NCBI GenBank assembly: GCA_030765145.1
Contig: JAVCDA010000082.1
Span: 27,152 to 91,151 of the forward strand
From: Candidatus Saelkia tenebricola
Lineage (GTDB): Bacteria > Omnitrophota > Gorgyraeia > Kaelpiales > Kaelpiaceae
Length of the DNA stretch: 64,000 bases
Direction: 5' to 3'
The position numbers were made by a program, and so were the translations under genes. Below are positions 9,741 to 20,204 of this stretch, in pieces. Position 1 is the first letter of the stretch. Each line of letters begins with the position of its first letter. The notes beneath the pieces were generated by a model. That model was not told where the DNA came from, did not search any database, and saw nothing but the letters and a program-made list of their open reading frames with translations.

Positions 9741-10415
9741 CTAAAATCCGGACCTGACCAGATAAAAACCGAAAGATATAAGAATTACACCAGCAATAAT
9801 TTCAAAAACTCTAAGATGCTTTCTCACCTTTTCAAACAGCGTTAAAAATAAAGATAACGATACTGCAGAAACCATAAAAGGAACTCCAATACCTAAAGAA
9901 AACATACCTAAAAGCAATCCTCCCCTGGCAGCAGTTGCACCTACACTAGCCATGGTCAGAATAGCAACTAAGATTGGGGTTGCACAAGCAGTAAAACTGA
10001 GTGCAAATACTCCTCCTACAAAAAATGTACCCAATAACCCTGCCGGTTTTATCCGAGGCATAAAACTCTTTGCGCTTAAAAACAATCTGAATTTATTCTG
10101 AAACAAAAGATAACTTCCTAAACCAATAATTATAACTCCACCGATTTTCTGAATCGGTAATTTTAACCTAAAAATATATTCACCTATAACTGAAGCTCCT
10201 AAACCGAGAGAAATAAATAGAAATGAAAATCCCAGCATAAAAAACAAAGCATTAACAATAAGTTTTTTACGCGCTTTTTGAGAATCTGTTTTTAACTCCT
10301 GAAAAGACACCCCGCTGATAAAAGAAAGAAAACTTGGCACAAGCGGCAGAATGCAGGGTGAGAAAAAATATGAAATACCTGATAAAAAGGCTATACCTAA
10401 TGAGAGCTCATTCAT
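9741..10415 (-). CDS. ccdA: CcdA/DsbD-like transmembrane thiol-disulfide transporter
   Basis: FFSPCILPLVP and FTAC.TPIL cysteines; ~6 TM. Confidence 0.88.
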   Translation of the reverse strand: MNELSLGIAFLSGISYFFSPCILPLVPSFLSFISGVSFQELKTDSQKARKKLIVNALFFMLGFSFLFISLGLGASVIGEYIFRLKLPIQKIGGVIIIGLGSYLLFQNKFRLFLSAKSFMPRIKPAGLLGTFFVGGVFALSFTACATPILVAILTMASVGATAARGGLLLGMFSLGIGVPFMVSAVSLSLFLTLFEKVRKHLRVFEIIAGVILISFGFYLVRSGF

Positions 10416-10962
10416 TTACCAGCCGCTCTAAGTAATCAGCCACATCGCTAGATGACCAGTCCAAAACCCCTTTTACTCCTGCAGATATTTTAAACTTTTT
10501 ATCTATAATAAATGAAGATGGATATACATTTACCCTGTATTTATATGCTGATATACCTATCGGATCCAAATAAACAGGAAATTTTACATCTATTGTTTCT
10601 ATATATTTAGAAATCACCTCTGCAGGTTCACCTTCAAATACAGCAACTAATTCAACAGCATCATTTGCTGCAATTTGAGAATAAAATTCTTCTAATAAAT
10701 CAGCTTCTATTGCGCAAGCGCCACATTTTCTAAACCGTATATTTAAAATTATCACCTTACCTTTAAAATCAGAAAGTTTATACTTATTGCCATCTAAATC
10801 CTGAAAGCTAAAATCTATCGCATCTACTCTTTCTAAAGAAGAAGCGTCTTCCTGCCTTGAAGAAACACCTGGGGTAGCGACTCCAGGCTGTATTACAAAT
10901 TTAAAATAAAAAATAACCCCTATTCCAATTGTTAATAAAAGAATAAGGGCTAATTTTTTCAT
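10408..10962 (-). CDS. TlpA/ResA-like membrane-anchored thioredoxin
   Basis: DFSFQDLDG..LSDFKGKVIILN, CGAC, YP(cis-Pro)SSFIID. Confidence 0.85.
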   Translation of the reverse strand: MKKLALILLLTIGIGVIFYFKFVIQPGVATPGVSSRQEDASSLERVDAIDFSFQDLDGNKYKLSDFKGKVIILNIRFRKCGACAIEADLLEEFYSQIAANDAVELVAVFEGEPAEVISKYIETIDVKFPVYLDPIGISAYKYRVNVYPSSFIIDKKFKISAGVKGVLDWSSSDVADYLERLVNE

Positions 10963-10971
10963 AATCTATTT

Positions 10972-13377
10972 TTATACACCCATAACAACTTTGACTTTAT
11001 GCTCTTTGGAATCTGAAATAATGGGAAGCAAATTCCCTGTTATTTTATTACCATCCAGATATACCTCTTTAACACCATGAGAAACTTTTTGAGGATTTTC
11101 AACCTCTATATTGTACACAGCACCTCTAAATGTTCTTTTAACTTTAAAACCTTCCCAGCTTGATGGAATACAAGGGTCGATCAAAAGCCCGTCTTCCTGG
11201 GCACGTAAACCTAAAATCCAATTGCTGCTGGCATGGAAATACCAGGCACCGCTTCCTGAATACCAAGACCAACCTCCACGTCCATAATTTTCCGAATCAG
11301 GTCCGTCAACATTACCCGAAGTAACATAAGGTTCGACAAAATATAAATCCGGATCCATTCCCCGTTTAACAGGAGAAAAACGCGAATATACATCATACGC
11401 CTTATCTCCTTTTTTCATTTTACACTCGGCAATAATCGCCCAGCAAGCAGCATGGGTATAGACTCCTCCATTCTCTCTAACCCCCGGAGCATAACGCGAA
11501 AGATAACCTATCATAGGGTCAGGATTCTTGTATGCCGGAGAAAATAATATCGGGCCGTAATTTTTCAACAGATGCTCTTCAGCACTTTCTAAAGCAGTGT
11601 TTTTCCGCTCTTCGGTAGTTGTATCATTTAAAATTGACCATGTCTGAGCATTAAGAAAAATTTTTCCTTCGCTACAGCTCTTGCTTCCCAAGGGATCTCC
11701 ATTATCCTTTGTAGCTCTGATGAACCATTCTCCATCCCAACCGAATTCATTAATGGCTTTCTTAAGTTCTTCTGCACGTTTTAAATAATTACCTGCCTTA
11801 TCTTTATTCCCTTTTTTTTCACAAAGCGGGGCAAATCTTTTTAAAATCCCATAAAGAAAATGCCCCAGCCAAACGCTTTCTCCTTTCCAGTCTAAACCTA
11901 CTGCACTCATGCCATCGTTCCAGTCACCTTCACCTATCAAAGGCAACCCCCGAGGACTAAATCTGGAAAGCACAAGGTCTATTGCTCTTATACAATGCTG
12001 GTATAACTCTTCTTCCTCGCCGTCTACATAAGGTTCTTTCTGATCCAGAATTGCAAAATCTCCGGTTTCATCCAGATAAAAAGATATAATGTAAGGCATC
12101 CAGAGCAAGTCATCTGTCATCTCTGTCTTGGCTCCCAGCTCCGTTAATGGATGCCACCAATGATAAACTGCTCCATCTTTAAACTGATGTCTGGCATGAA
12201 GCAAAATCTGTTTTTTGGTCAATTCCGGCTTAAGAGGCAAAAACGCAAGTGAATCCTGCAGTTGGTCTCTAAATCCATATCCGCCGCTGCATTGATAATA
12301 CGCAGTTCTAGCCCAAATACGAGCTGCTATTGCTTGGTATCTCAACCAATAATTGGTTACAACATCAAATGCTTTATCCGGGGTTTCCACTTGAAGCGGA
12401 GAAATAAACTCATCCCAGAAATCTATCGTCTTTTTAAAAGCTTCTTCAATATTCTCTGGTTTGGAATATTGTTTTATTAGTTGGGAGCTTTTTACTTCAT
12501 TTTCATTATAGCCCAATAAAAACACAACCTCTTTTTCTTCGCCAGGTGCTAAAGTAATATCTACCTGTAAACTTGCTATAGAATCATTCCATTTGCCAAC
12601 TTTATTTTTAAGCTTTCCTTCCTCAATTGCTTCAGGATTAGCAAATGTTTTATAGCGTCCAAAAAAGTTTCTCTTATCACCTTCGAAACCAGCAATAGGA
12701 GCATTCACGCTATGAAACCCGTCACCTGTATATTCTTTTAGCCCTGTAGAGATAAAACCTGGAATAGGAACTTTTCTCTTAGTAGCAAAAATGGCATTTA
12801 ATTCTTTATTGAATGAAGTTTCAATAAATGTTCTCTGAAACTCCCTGTGTATATCTTCGGAATTACCTAAACACCATTCCAGATAACTAAACAAACTCAA
12901 GTTTCTTTTTTTATCGGACTTGTTTATAACTTTTACCTTCCATACTTCAAGCGGAGCATCAGGTGGTACAAACATTGTTATGACGTTTTCTATTCCCTTA
13001 TATTCTGTATGATAAACAGTGTAACCTATGCCATAACGAACCTCAAATTTATCAAATTTAACCTGAGTAGGTTTATAGAATAAAGACCAATACGAATCTT
13101 CATCGTTATCCCTCAAATACAGGAATTTTCCCCATTCTTCCCTCACTAAATCCTGGACCCAGCGGGTCATTCTACACATCTGGGCATTACCCCACCAGCT
13201 AAAACCGCACCCCGTCTGAGACATTACAGTTCCGTAATCAGGATTGGTTAAGACATTCATCCAAGGCATCGGAGTTAAAGGAGTTTTTATTACGTATTCC
13301 CTGCCTCCTGATGCGAAAAATCCATATTTGGTCTCAAAAAGCTTTTCCCCTTGATAATATGTTTCTAATTCTTTCAT
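10972..13377 (-). CDS. GH94 glycoside phosphorylase (cellobiose/chitobiose phosphorylase family)
   Basis: YQCSGGYGFRDQLQD, GDWNDG, GESVWL, ENGGVYTHA; AGGAGG SD. Confidence 0.92.
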   Translation of the reverse strand: MKELETYYQGEKLFETKYGFFASGGREYVIKTPLTPMPWMNVLTNPDYGTVMSQTGCGFSWWGNAQMCRMTRWVQDLVREEWGKFLYLRDNDEDSYWSLFYKPTQVKFDKFEVRYGIGYTVYHTEYKGIENVITMFVPPDAPLEVWKVKVINKSDKKRNLSLFSYLEWCLGNSEDIHREFQRTFIETSFNKELNAIFATKRKVPIPGFISTGLKEYTGDGFHSVNAPIAGFEGDKRNFFGRYKTFANPEAIEEGKLKNKVGKWNDSIASLQVDITLAPGEEKEVVFLLGYNENEVKSSQLIKQYSKPENIEEAFKKTIDFWDEFISPLQVETPDKAFDVVTNYWLRYQAIAARIWARTAYYQCSGGYGFRDQLQDSLAFLPLKPELTKKQILLHARHQFKDGAVYHWWHPLTELGAKTEMTDDLLWMPYIISFYLDETGDFAILDQKEPYVDGEEEELYQHCIRAIDLVLSRFSPRGLPLIGEGDWNDGMSAVGLDWKGESVWLGHFLYGILKRFAPLCEKKGNKDKAGNYLKRAEELKKAINEFGWDGEWFIRATKDNGDPLGSKSCSEGKIFLNAQTWSILNDTTTEERKNTALESAEEHLLKNYGPILFSPAYKNPDPMIGYLSRYAPGVRENGGVYTHAACWAIIAECKMKKGDKAYDVYSRFSPVKRGMDPDLYFVEPYVTSGNVDGPDSENYGRGGWSWYSGSGAWYFHASSNWILGLRAQEDGLLIDPCIPSSWEGFKVKRTFRGAVYNIEVENPQKVSHGVKEVYLDGNKITGNLLPIISDSKEHKVKVVMGV

Positions 13378-13405
13378 ACTTTGTATACTCCTCCTTCTTT
13401 TTTAG

Positions 13406-13480
13406 CGGCCCTAACGGGATTTGAACCCGTGTCGCCGGAATGAGAGTCCGATATCCTAGACCGGGCTAGACGATAGGGCC
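13406..13480 (-). tRNA. tRNA-Glu(CTC)
   Basis: GGCCCTA/TAGGGCC acceptor, anticodon loop CTCTCAT, GTTCAAATC. Confidence 0.95.
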
Positions 13481-13536
13481 GATTCTTTTAGTGTCTATAT
13501 ATATTACAAAACGAATTAAATTTCAAGCTATATATG

Positions 13537-14475
13537 TTAAAATTGCAATTTTAACATTCTTAATTGATTTAATGGATGCCTAAAAGAGAAATCTATTTCC
13601 CGCCAACAGGGCCTGATGCATCCTATACAACTACCGATTAATTCTTTTATTTCTTCGTTCTCATTACCTCTGAATTTATGACAGGGAGAAAAAGACCCTT
13701 CAGGCGAAATAGAAAAATAAAGCCTTCCTGCATAACAACGAGGATTCTTAAAAAAGCCTTTAAAGTAATCTTTAGAAGATTCTAAAAATCTATCACTATT
13801 AAATATCACCTTACGTTTCTTGGATAAAACTTCATAAATACTATCAATATCCCCATAATCTTTCTCTTGGAATTTAAACTCAGCTTCTGGATTTTCAATC
13901 GGTACCAATGAAACCATAAAATCATATCCCCTTGCAAATTCAACTATTTGGGGTAATTCTTTTAGATTTAACCGTGACACTACAACATTTAATAACTTAA
14001 TCCTGTTCTTAAAATACCGGCTAACCAATTCTATGGAATTTGAAACACTTTTTAAATAATCATTACCGGTTATAAAAGCATATTTTTCCTCATCAAGAGT
14101 GTCTAAAGATATAGATATTCCATCTAATCCGGCTTTATAGAACTCAACAATTAAATTTTCATTCAATAAAACTGCATTAGTAAGCAATCTTACTTTTATG
14201 CTTTCCTGCTCAAATATCTCTACAACCGTAACAATATCATCTCTCAACAAAGGCTCCCCCCCGCCTATACTGATGTATAAAATGCCCGAATCTGATAAAT
14301 TTTTTGCCATTTTCTTTATCTCGATCACAGAAAGCTCTTTTTCGAATTTATCCTCTGTAACTTTACACATTCGGCAAGCAAGATTACATCTGTGTGTAAT
14401 GCCATAATGGACATATACTGGTCTTGGTCTTCCTAAAACAAAAGATAAAAGACTATAAAATTGAGATATTTTCAT
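13537..14475 (-). CDS. radical SAM enzyme with SPASM/twitch-like C-terminus
   Basis: CNLACRMC, GGGEPLL, CYAG..PC..CIGCIRPC. Confidence 0.88.
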   Translation of the reverse strand: MKISQFYSLLSFVLGRPRPVYVHYGITHRCNLACRMCKVTEDKFEKELSVIEIKKMAKNLSDSGILYISIGGGEPLLRDDIVTVVEIFEQESIKVRLLTNAVLLNENLIVEFYKAGLDGISISLDTLDEEKYAFITGNDYLKSVSNSIELVSRYFKNRIKLLNVVVSRLNLKELPQIVEFARGYDFMVSLVPIENPEAEFKFQEKDYGDIDSIYEVLSKKRKVIFNSDRFLESSKDYFKGFFKNPRCYAGRLYFSISPEGSFSPCHKFRGNENEEIKELIGSCIGCIRPCWREIDFSFRHPLNQLRMLKLQF

Positions 14476-16049
14476 CTTTTAATACGCTTAAAAATTTTTA
14501 TCTTGCACAATCTATACGTTTCATAGTCCATTGTTATCTCTTTTATGAAAATAAATTCGCCTAACCTTTTTTTAAACTCATCCTGCAGTGCTAATAAATG
14601 CTCCTTTCGATAACCTGGAAAATCACTTTCAAAATCGCTCTCGATATAAAAAATAAAATCTGATTTGTCTATAATATCCGAGGGTAGCATTGCATTATCA
14701 ACTAAAGATAGCAAATCCTCGAATTGTACTCTGCTTGAGATTTTCTTCATTGCACATGCATATTTTATTACATCTATGATAAATGGATTAACGTCACATA
14801 AATTGTCTGGGACAACACCAATTTCTACAGCTTTATCCTTTTCTCTAACTATATTAATTATTTCATCAACATTTCTTATCTTCGACATAGGAAAGACTTT
14901 TCCAATAATAAAATAATTACTAACTGGATTCGACTTACTATGCTTTAATTCAACAAAAGAAACTATAGACAAACTACATGTGAGAATAAACAAAAATTTA
15001 ATGTTTACTTTTTCACCTACCTTGCCAATAGCATAGGTTATTAAAATAGCAACTCCGGGAAGCAAGGGAATAGTATGTTTTGGAAGTAATACTGCAGGGT
15101 GAAAAATCAAGATAAAAAAGGATATAACAACCCATAGAAAAATACATATTAATTCCTTCTTTTTAAACCTGATGATTTCCATAAACGCATAGAGAATACT
15201 TATCAAGCCAACCCAATAGTAGCAAGTGGAAATCTGTAAATATAGAACACCGTAATAAGGAATTAAAAATGTTTTAATCTCATAAATAAATTTAGAAAAT
15301 TGTGAACCTAAATTTTCCGATTGAACACAACGACTGAGATAACTAAAGAACAATTCCCGTGCTGGCTTATCAATCAAAACCGCTAAACACCATATTGCTG
15401 GAATAATAATCATTAACAAGCAAGCTATGAAAAAATTTCTATACGCCGGACTTGACCTTTTTATATTTAAAATATAAAAAAATACACCGGGTATTACAAA
15501 AAAGATAAAGTATGGATGAATTAAAAATCCGATTATATTTATTATTGCCCAAAATAAAGTATATTTTTTATCTTCAAAAAAACGCGAACTAATTAACAAA
15601 TAATGACTCAAAACAACAACTGCCGTTAAAGCAACGCTATGGTGACAAGCTCTTGAAAAACCTATTATTCCTGGAAAACCTAAAAGTATAATTACAGCAA
15701 TTAACCCGTATATCGGGGTTAATAATTTTCTACCCAAAAGATAGGTTGAAATAACAAGCATAATTACCCATAAAAAGTTAACCCCTGCCATTACATCCGT
15801 ATTTTCTCCAAAGAGAACGTAAAATGGAACTGGCAACAATCTTTGCAATGGCGGGATAACATTACTTCTGATTTTTTTAAAAAAATCAGAAGGGTCGCTT
15901 TTTAAAGCATGAAAATATTGGATACTGGCAGAGAAACTCCTATACTCATCATGAACAGGATAAAGCTCATCTTGTTTCAGAAAAATAAAGTGTAAAATCG
16001 CAATAACAACAATTAAAACTGCTAAGAAAATTACAGATTTCTTTTCCAA
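14472..16049 (-). CDS. GT-C fold (ArnT/PMT_2-like) membrane glycosyltransferase
   Basis: PVHDE loop, PPL motif, TYLLGRKL, ~11 TM plus periplasmic C-terminal domain. Confidence 0.72.
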   Translation of the reverse strand: MEKKSVIFLAVLIVVIAILHFIFLKQDELYPVHDEYRSFSASIQYFHALKSDPSDFFKKIRSNVIPPLQRLLPVPFYVLFGENTDVMAGVNFLWVIMLVISTYLLGRKLLTPIYGLIAVIILLGFPGIIGFSRACHHSVALTAVVVLSHYLLISSRFFEDKKYTLFWAIINIIGFLIHPYFIFFVIPGVFFYILNIKRSSPAYRNFFIACLLMIIIPAIWCLAVLIDKPARELFFSYLSRCVQSENLGSQFSKFIYEIKTFLIPYYGVLYLQISTCYYWVGLISILYAFMEIIRFKKKELICIFLWVVISFFILIFHPAVLLPKHTIPLLPGVAILITYAIGKVGEKVNIKFLFILTCSLSIVSFVELKHSKSNPVSNYFIIGKVFPMSKIRNVDEIINIVREKDKAVEIGVVPDNLCDVNPFIIDVIKYACAMKKISSRVQFEDLLSLVDNAMLPSDIIDKSDFIFYIESDFESDFPGYRKEHLLALQDEFKKRLGEFIFIKEITMDYETYRLCKIKIFKRIKR

Positions 16050-17398
16050 AATAATCTTAATCCTTTTTTTATGATTGCGATTCGGAAATAAAATCTTTTA
16101 TAGGCTAATCTTACTAACTGTTGTAACTCTTTTCTACTCAAATTCTCTTCCCAAAACGGAAGTTTGAAATCCTTAGATGGATATGTAATAAAATCTTGCC
16201 AATATTTTGAGGGGATTATTTTCTTATCTACCGCATCGAAATAAAGCTTTGTCTTAGGATATATAGCCAGGATGTTAAACATGCAATAATCGGGATCCAA
16301 TTTAAGGGCAAAATCAATTGTATCTAAAACCTGCACCTTGCTCTTTTCATAAGGAGTCCCGATCAAAAAATAGGCTACAGTTTCAATGCCGTGTTTCTTG
16401 CAAAGTTTAAAAGCATTTGTGATATCTTCAATGTTGGCATTTTTATTAAGCGAGTCTAATCCTTTATCACTGGAAGCCTCAACGCCAAAATGAATTCTGA
16501 CGCAACCACTTTCTCTTAAATCTCTTACCAATGCATCTGTTACCACATTAACCCGGCCTCTAAAACTCCAGGAGATGTTACAACTTTTAATCTGAGAAAT
16601 AAATTCCTGAACCCATTGGATATCAGTATTAAAAGTATCATCCACAAAATATATCTCCTCAAACCCCAGTCTTATACAAGCATCGATTTCCTTAAGTACA
16701 TTATCAACAGAACGTTTCCTGAATTTGAAATTTGGCACCAAACAAAAACTGCAATGAAAAGGGCACCCTCGTGAAGAAACCATGGTAGCAATTCTTCTTT
16801 TCCCGGATAAACGGTAGCTATACTTCTTCCCCAGCATTAAATCCCGGGCCGGAAACTCTATTTTATCTAAATCATCTATTACCGCAGGAGCATACTCCAC
16901 GGGATTTTTATTTTTGAAATAAACCCCTTTTATTTCATTTAGATTTTCTTTTCTCTTGAAATCTAAAACCAGCTCTGTAAATGCCTCTTCCCCGTCTCCT
17001 ACAGTAATTGAATCTACACCATTTAATCCAAGTGCCTCTTGAGGAAAAAGAGTAACATGCGGACCACCTAAATTAACATGAGTATGCAAGGAAATTTTCT
17101 TAATTATTTTAACAACTTTTGAAACAGTCAAAATATTATGGGTGATTGCTAATATTCCAACTATATCAGGCTTATAACTCTTAACATATCTCGAGAGACG
17201 TTTATAATTTATTTTGGCTTCCAAAGAATCCAAAAATTTCAGTTCGATTTCATCGCTATGCCTCTTAAGTGAACTGACTAAATAAAGAAGCCCGAGTTGA
17301 GGCAAGTTGCCAAGATTTTTATTTATCAATAAAGGCAATTCCGTTGTTATCATATCTTCACATGGCGGATTTAATAAAAGTACTTTAACTCGTTTCAT
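16031..17398 (-). CDS. cobalamin-dependent radical SAM enzyme
   Basis: LLLNPP, QLGLLYL, GGPH, SRGCPFHCSFC, FVDDTF. Confidence 0.9.
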   Translation of the reverse strand: MKRVKVLLLNPPCEDMITTELPLLINKNLGNLPQLGLLYLVSSLKRHSDEIELKFLDSLEAKINYKRLSRYVKSYKPDIVGILAITHNILTVSKVVKIIKKISLHTHVNLGGPHVTLFPQEALGLNGVDSITVGDGEEAFTELVLDFKRKENLNEIKGVYFKNKNPVEYAPAVIDDLDKIEFPARDLMLGKKYSYRLSGKRRIATMVSSRGCPFHCSFCLVPNFKFRKRSVDNVLKEIDACIRLGFEEIYFVDDTFNTDIQWVQEFISQIKSCNISWSFRGRVNVVTDALVRDLRESGCVRIHFGVEASSDKGLDSLNKNANIEDITNAFKLCKKHGIETVAYFLIGTPYEKSKVQVLDTIDFALKLDPDYCMFNILAIYPKTKLYFDAVDKKIIPSKYWQDFITYPSKDFKLPFWEENLSRKELQQLVRLAYKRFYFRIAIIKKGLRLFWKRNL

Positions 17399-17447
17399 AA
17401 CTATATAAAGCTCTCCCGCAACAATTGATTTATCCTAAAAATACCTT

Positions 17448-18869
17448 CTATGTTTTTCCTGTAAAATACCATTTCAAATACGCTCCTCCTGCAAAAAACC
17501 AAGAAGTTGCATCTGCACAAGATTTAAAGGAAATTAACCGTCTAAAAACATATTTTGGATTGAGAAAAAATTCTGCTGTCATTTTTTTTTGTAATATTAC
17601 TAAATCTTTTGCTGAGAAATGTTCAGTATGCCACTTTGGAATTCTTCCAAACATCTCAAAATCCTCCCAATCAATATCTTCATGCAACATATCTTTTGCT
17701 TTCATCATCTCATGTATAGCTGTGCCAGGAAAAGGAACAATAATTGCAACTGAAATTATCGTCCAGGGCAAAGAATGAATCATTTCTCTTGTCATTTCAA
17801 TATCTTCCATTGTCTCTGATGGATGTACCCCAATAATAAAATTACCTTCAATATGCTCAATTCCTGCCTCTTTTGCCCAATAAACGGCTTTTTCGATCTG
17901 GGCAAAAGAAAAATTCTTCTCGATTAAATCACGAATTCTTTGACTACCCGACTCTATTCCAAAAGTAACTTTTCTACAACCGCTTTTGACCATCATTTTA
18001 AGTAAATTTTTTGATATTTTATCTACTCTTGTTTCACAATTCCAGGATTTTACACCATGTGAAAGAAAAATATCACAAATCTCCAAAGACCTCTCTTCAT
18101 CTAATCCAAATGTATCATCCGCAACTACTATGTGTTTAACTTTGTTCTGCTCTATGAGCTGCTTAACTTCCTCTTCAATAAATTCTGTCTTTCTAAACCT
18201 AGCCTTTCTTCCAAATGCAGCGGAAACAGCACAAAAAGCACAACTAAATGGACATCCGCGAGAAGTAAAAAGCTCAGCTGAAGAAATTTTATTTGAAAAT
18301 CCCTTTGCTGAATACCCCGGTTGTTTCCTATTTTTAAAAAGATCCCTGGCAGGGAATGGGATCGAGTCTAAATCTTCAATTAAATCCCTCAAAGGATTTT
18401 GAATTATTTTCCCCTCGCTTCTGTAAACCAAACCTTTGATTTCTTCTGTCTTTTTTTCATTTTGAATACAATCACACAATTCAAGTAAAGTAACTTCTCC
18501 TTCTCCGTAAACAAGATAGTCAAAGTCAGAAAATTCATGAAGTGTCTGCTGAGGAAGACAATTAGCATGAGCTCCGCCAACAACAGTAGCTATCTTGGAA
18601 GAAAAAGATTTTACTACAGCACATATTTTGGCTCCGTTTTTTATTGTTGAAGTTGTACAGGAAATTCCTACAATCCCAGGAGAATTTGTTTTTAACTTTT
18701 CAAAAAAAGCAATCTCATTATACATTTCAATCTCATAATCAATAATCTCAACGTTATACCCGAATTTACGTATATATGCTGCTAAATAAGCAAGATTCAT
18801 CGGTTTAGTATGAGGTAAAAGACACAAATGCTGTAACAGGCTAGGCGGACGAATCAATAAAATATTCAC
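17448..18869 (-). CDS. cobalamin-dependent radical SAM enzyme
   Basis: PMNLAYLAA, GGAHA, GEGE, TSRGCPFSCAFC, GIESGSQ, PFPGT. Confidence 0.9.
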   Translation of the reverse strand: MNILLIRPPSLLQHLCLLPHTKPMNLAYLAAYIRKFGYNVEIIDYEIEMYNEIAFFEKLKTNSPGIVGISCTTSTIKNGAKICAVVKSFSSKIATVVGGAHANCLPQQTLHEFSDFDYLVYGEGEVTLLELCDCIQNEKKTEEIKGLVYRSEGKIIQNPLRDLIEDLDSIPFPARDLFKNRKQPGYSAKGFSNKISSAELFTSRGCPFSCAFCAVSAAFGRKARFRKTEFIEEEVKQLIEQNKVKHIVVADDTFGLDEERSLEICDIFLSHGVKSWNCETRVDKISKNLLKMMVKSGCRKVTFGIESGSQRIRDLIEKNFSFAQIEKAVYWAKEAGIEHIEGNFIIGVHPSETMEDIEMTREMIHSLPWTIISVAIIVPFPGTAIHEMMKAKDMLHEDIDWEDFEMFGRIPKWHTEHFSAKDLVILQKKMTAEFFLNPKYVFRRLISFKSCADATSWFFAGGAYLKWYFTGKT

Positions 18870-20194
18870 CTAAGATACCTCACGCCATCTTTAAAATCAT
18901 CGATGATTTTACATCCCTCCTTAAGCTGATCATGAATCCATGAATATTTAAATCTACCATTTCGGCCGGACAATTCCAGATTACTGAAATTGTTTAAAAA
19001 ATCAAAAATTTTCTGGATATTTTTTTCACTTTCTATTTCTAAAACAGGATAGGCATATTCTAATCTTTCTACTGTACCGGATAATATTTCTCCCCTTGTT
19101 ATCCACCCTATTTCTATAAGCTTCAAACAAGCTATTTCTATTAGCTCTTCATCCTTCATTTGCCACAACTCGTCTGTTACCTGAGAAGGAATTTCTACCA
19201 TCAGTGAAGTCTTTTCTTCTGGAGACATAGCTTTGCTTCTGTTTTTGGGCTCAGAAATTCTCATAAAAGGAAATTCCAAAGAGGGAAAATAAACTGTACC
19301 ATGTTTAGTTACTATTTTTTTATCCAAAAATAAAACCACCAATATTACGCTGCGAAAATACAGTTTTCTGGCTAAAAGCAAAATTTCTTCCGGCGGAGAA
19401 GGCTCCAAAATCTGCAAAAACATATTGATGGGTATCGTACTTACTAACTTATCTATTTTTACTCCTTTTTTCCCATTAATTTCTACTTCTTGTATCCGTT
19501 TATAGTTATGTAATATTTTACTTACCTTAGCCTCTTTTAAAATATTTTTATTCCCGCAAAACTCTGCTATCTTTTCACAAATTGCACCAATTCCAACTCG
19601 CGGATAATAAAAAGTGCCTTCTAAATGTTGGGCAGAAACATTCTTTCTTAAAAAGCTATTTAAATTTAAACCTCCTAGTCTTTCCCCATGGACATTCAAC
19701 GAAAGCTTATCGCAAGATATACCCCATAATTTTTTAGAATAATTTAATAAAAAAAGCCCTGCAATAGTCTTTCCATATCGCTGTAAAACAAAATCTTCAA
19801 AATTATTACTGCTCTTCCTCAGCCTTGAAAACAAAACTTCAATTAAAGCTTTTCCAAACATAGTAAATCCTATATTTTTTATTAAATTTAGCGGCGAGAG
19901 TGGAAAATCGATTAATTTTCCTTGATGATAGATACAACTAGGAATAGTTATTTTTTCTAACTCTTCTCCTAACAAGCCTTTTGCCATTTCTGTGACATAA
20001 ACATCTTTATTGTGAAAACGATGTGCTCCTGAATCAAAAAGAAAATCTTGATGACTAAATGTTGTGCTCAAACCACCTACTCGATTTCTAGCCTCATAGA
20101 TTGTAAAAGACATGCCTTCTTTCTTCGCATAATAGCCGACAGCTAACCCCGCGGTACCCGCACCTAAAATAGTAATGTGTAAGGGCTTATTCAT
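18866..20194 (-). CDS. FAD-dependent oxidoreductase (protoporphyrinogen oxidase / UDP-galactopyranose mutase-like)
   Basis: GAGTAG, VGGL, FDSGAHRF, AYPV, GRNGRFKY. Confidence 0.85.
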   Translation of the reverse strand: MNKPLHITILGAGTAGLAVGYYAKKEGMSFTIYEARNRVGGLSTTFSHQDFLFDSGAHRFHNKDVYVTEMAKGLLGEELEKITIPSCIYHQGKLIDFPLSPLNLIKNIGFTMFGKALIEVLFSRLRKSSNNFEDFVLQRYGKTIAGLFLLNYSKKLWGISCDKLSLNVHGERLGGLNLNSFLRKNVSAQHLEGTFYYPRVGIGAICEKIAEFCGNKNILKEAKVSKILHNYKRIQEVEINGKKGVKIDKLVSTIPINMFLQILEPSPPEEILLLARKLYFRSVILVVLFLDKKIVTKHGTVYFPSLEFPFMRISEPKNRSKAMSPEEKTSLMVEIPSQVTDELWQMKDEELIEIACLKLIEIGWITRGEILSGTVERLEYAYPVLEIESEKNIQKIFDFLNNFSNLELSGRNGRFKYSWIHDQLKEGCKIIDDFKDGVRYLR

Positions 20195-20204
20195 ATATCT
20201 GCGA

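Noticed and set aside
9470-9757. 95 aa + strand ORF
   Set aside because: It overlaps tRNA-Leu and the terminator and has no recognisable motif.
17425-18402. Antisense ORFs (17425-17778, 17986-18402) and similar short shadow ORFs across the window
   Set aside because: They lie opposite well-supported genes and have no motifs or SD.
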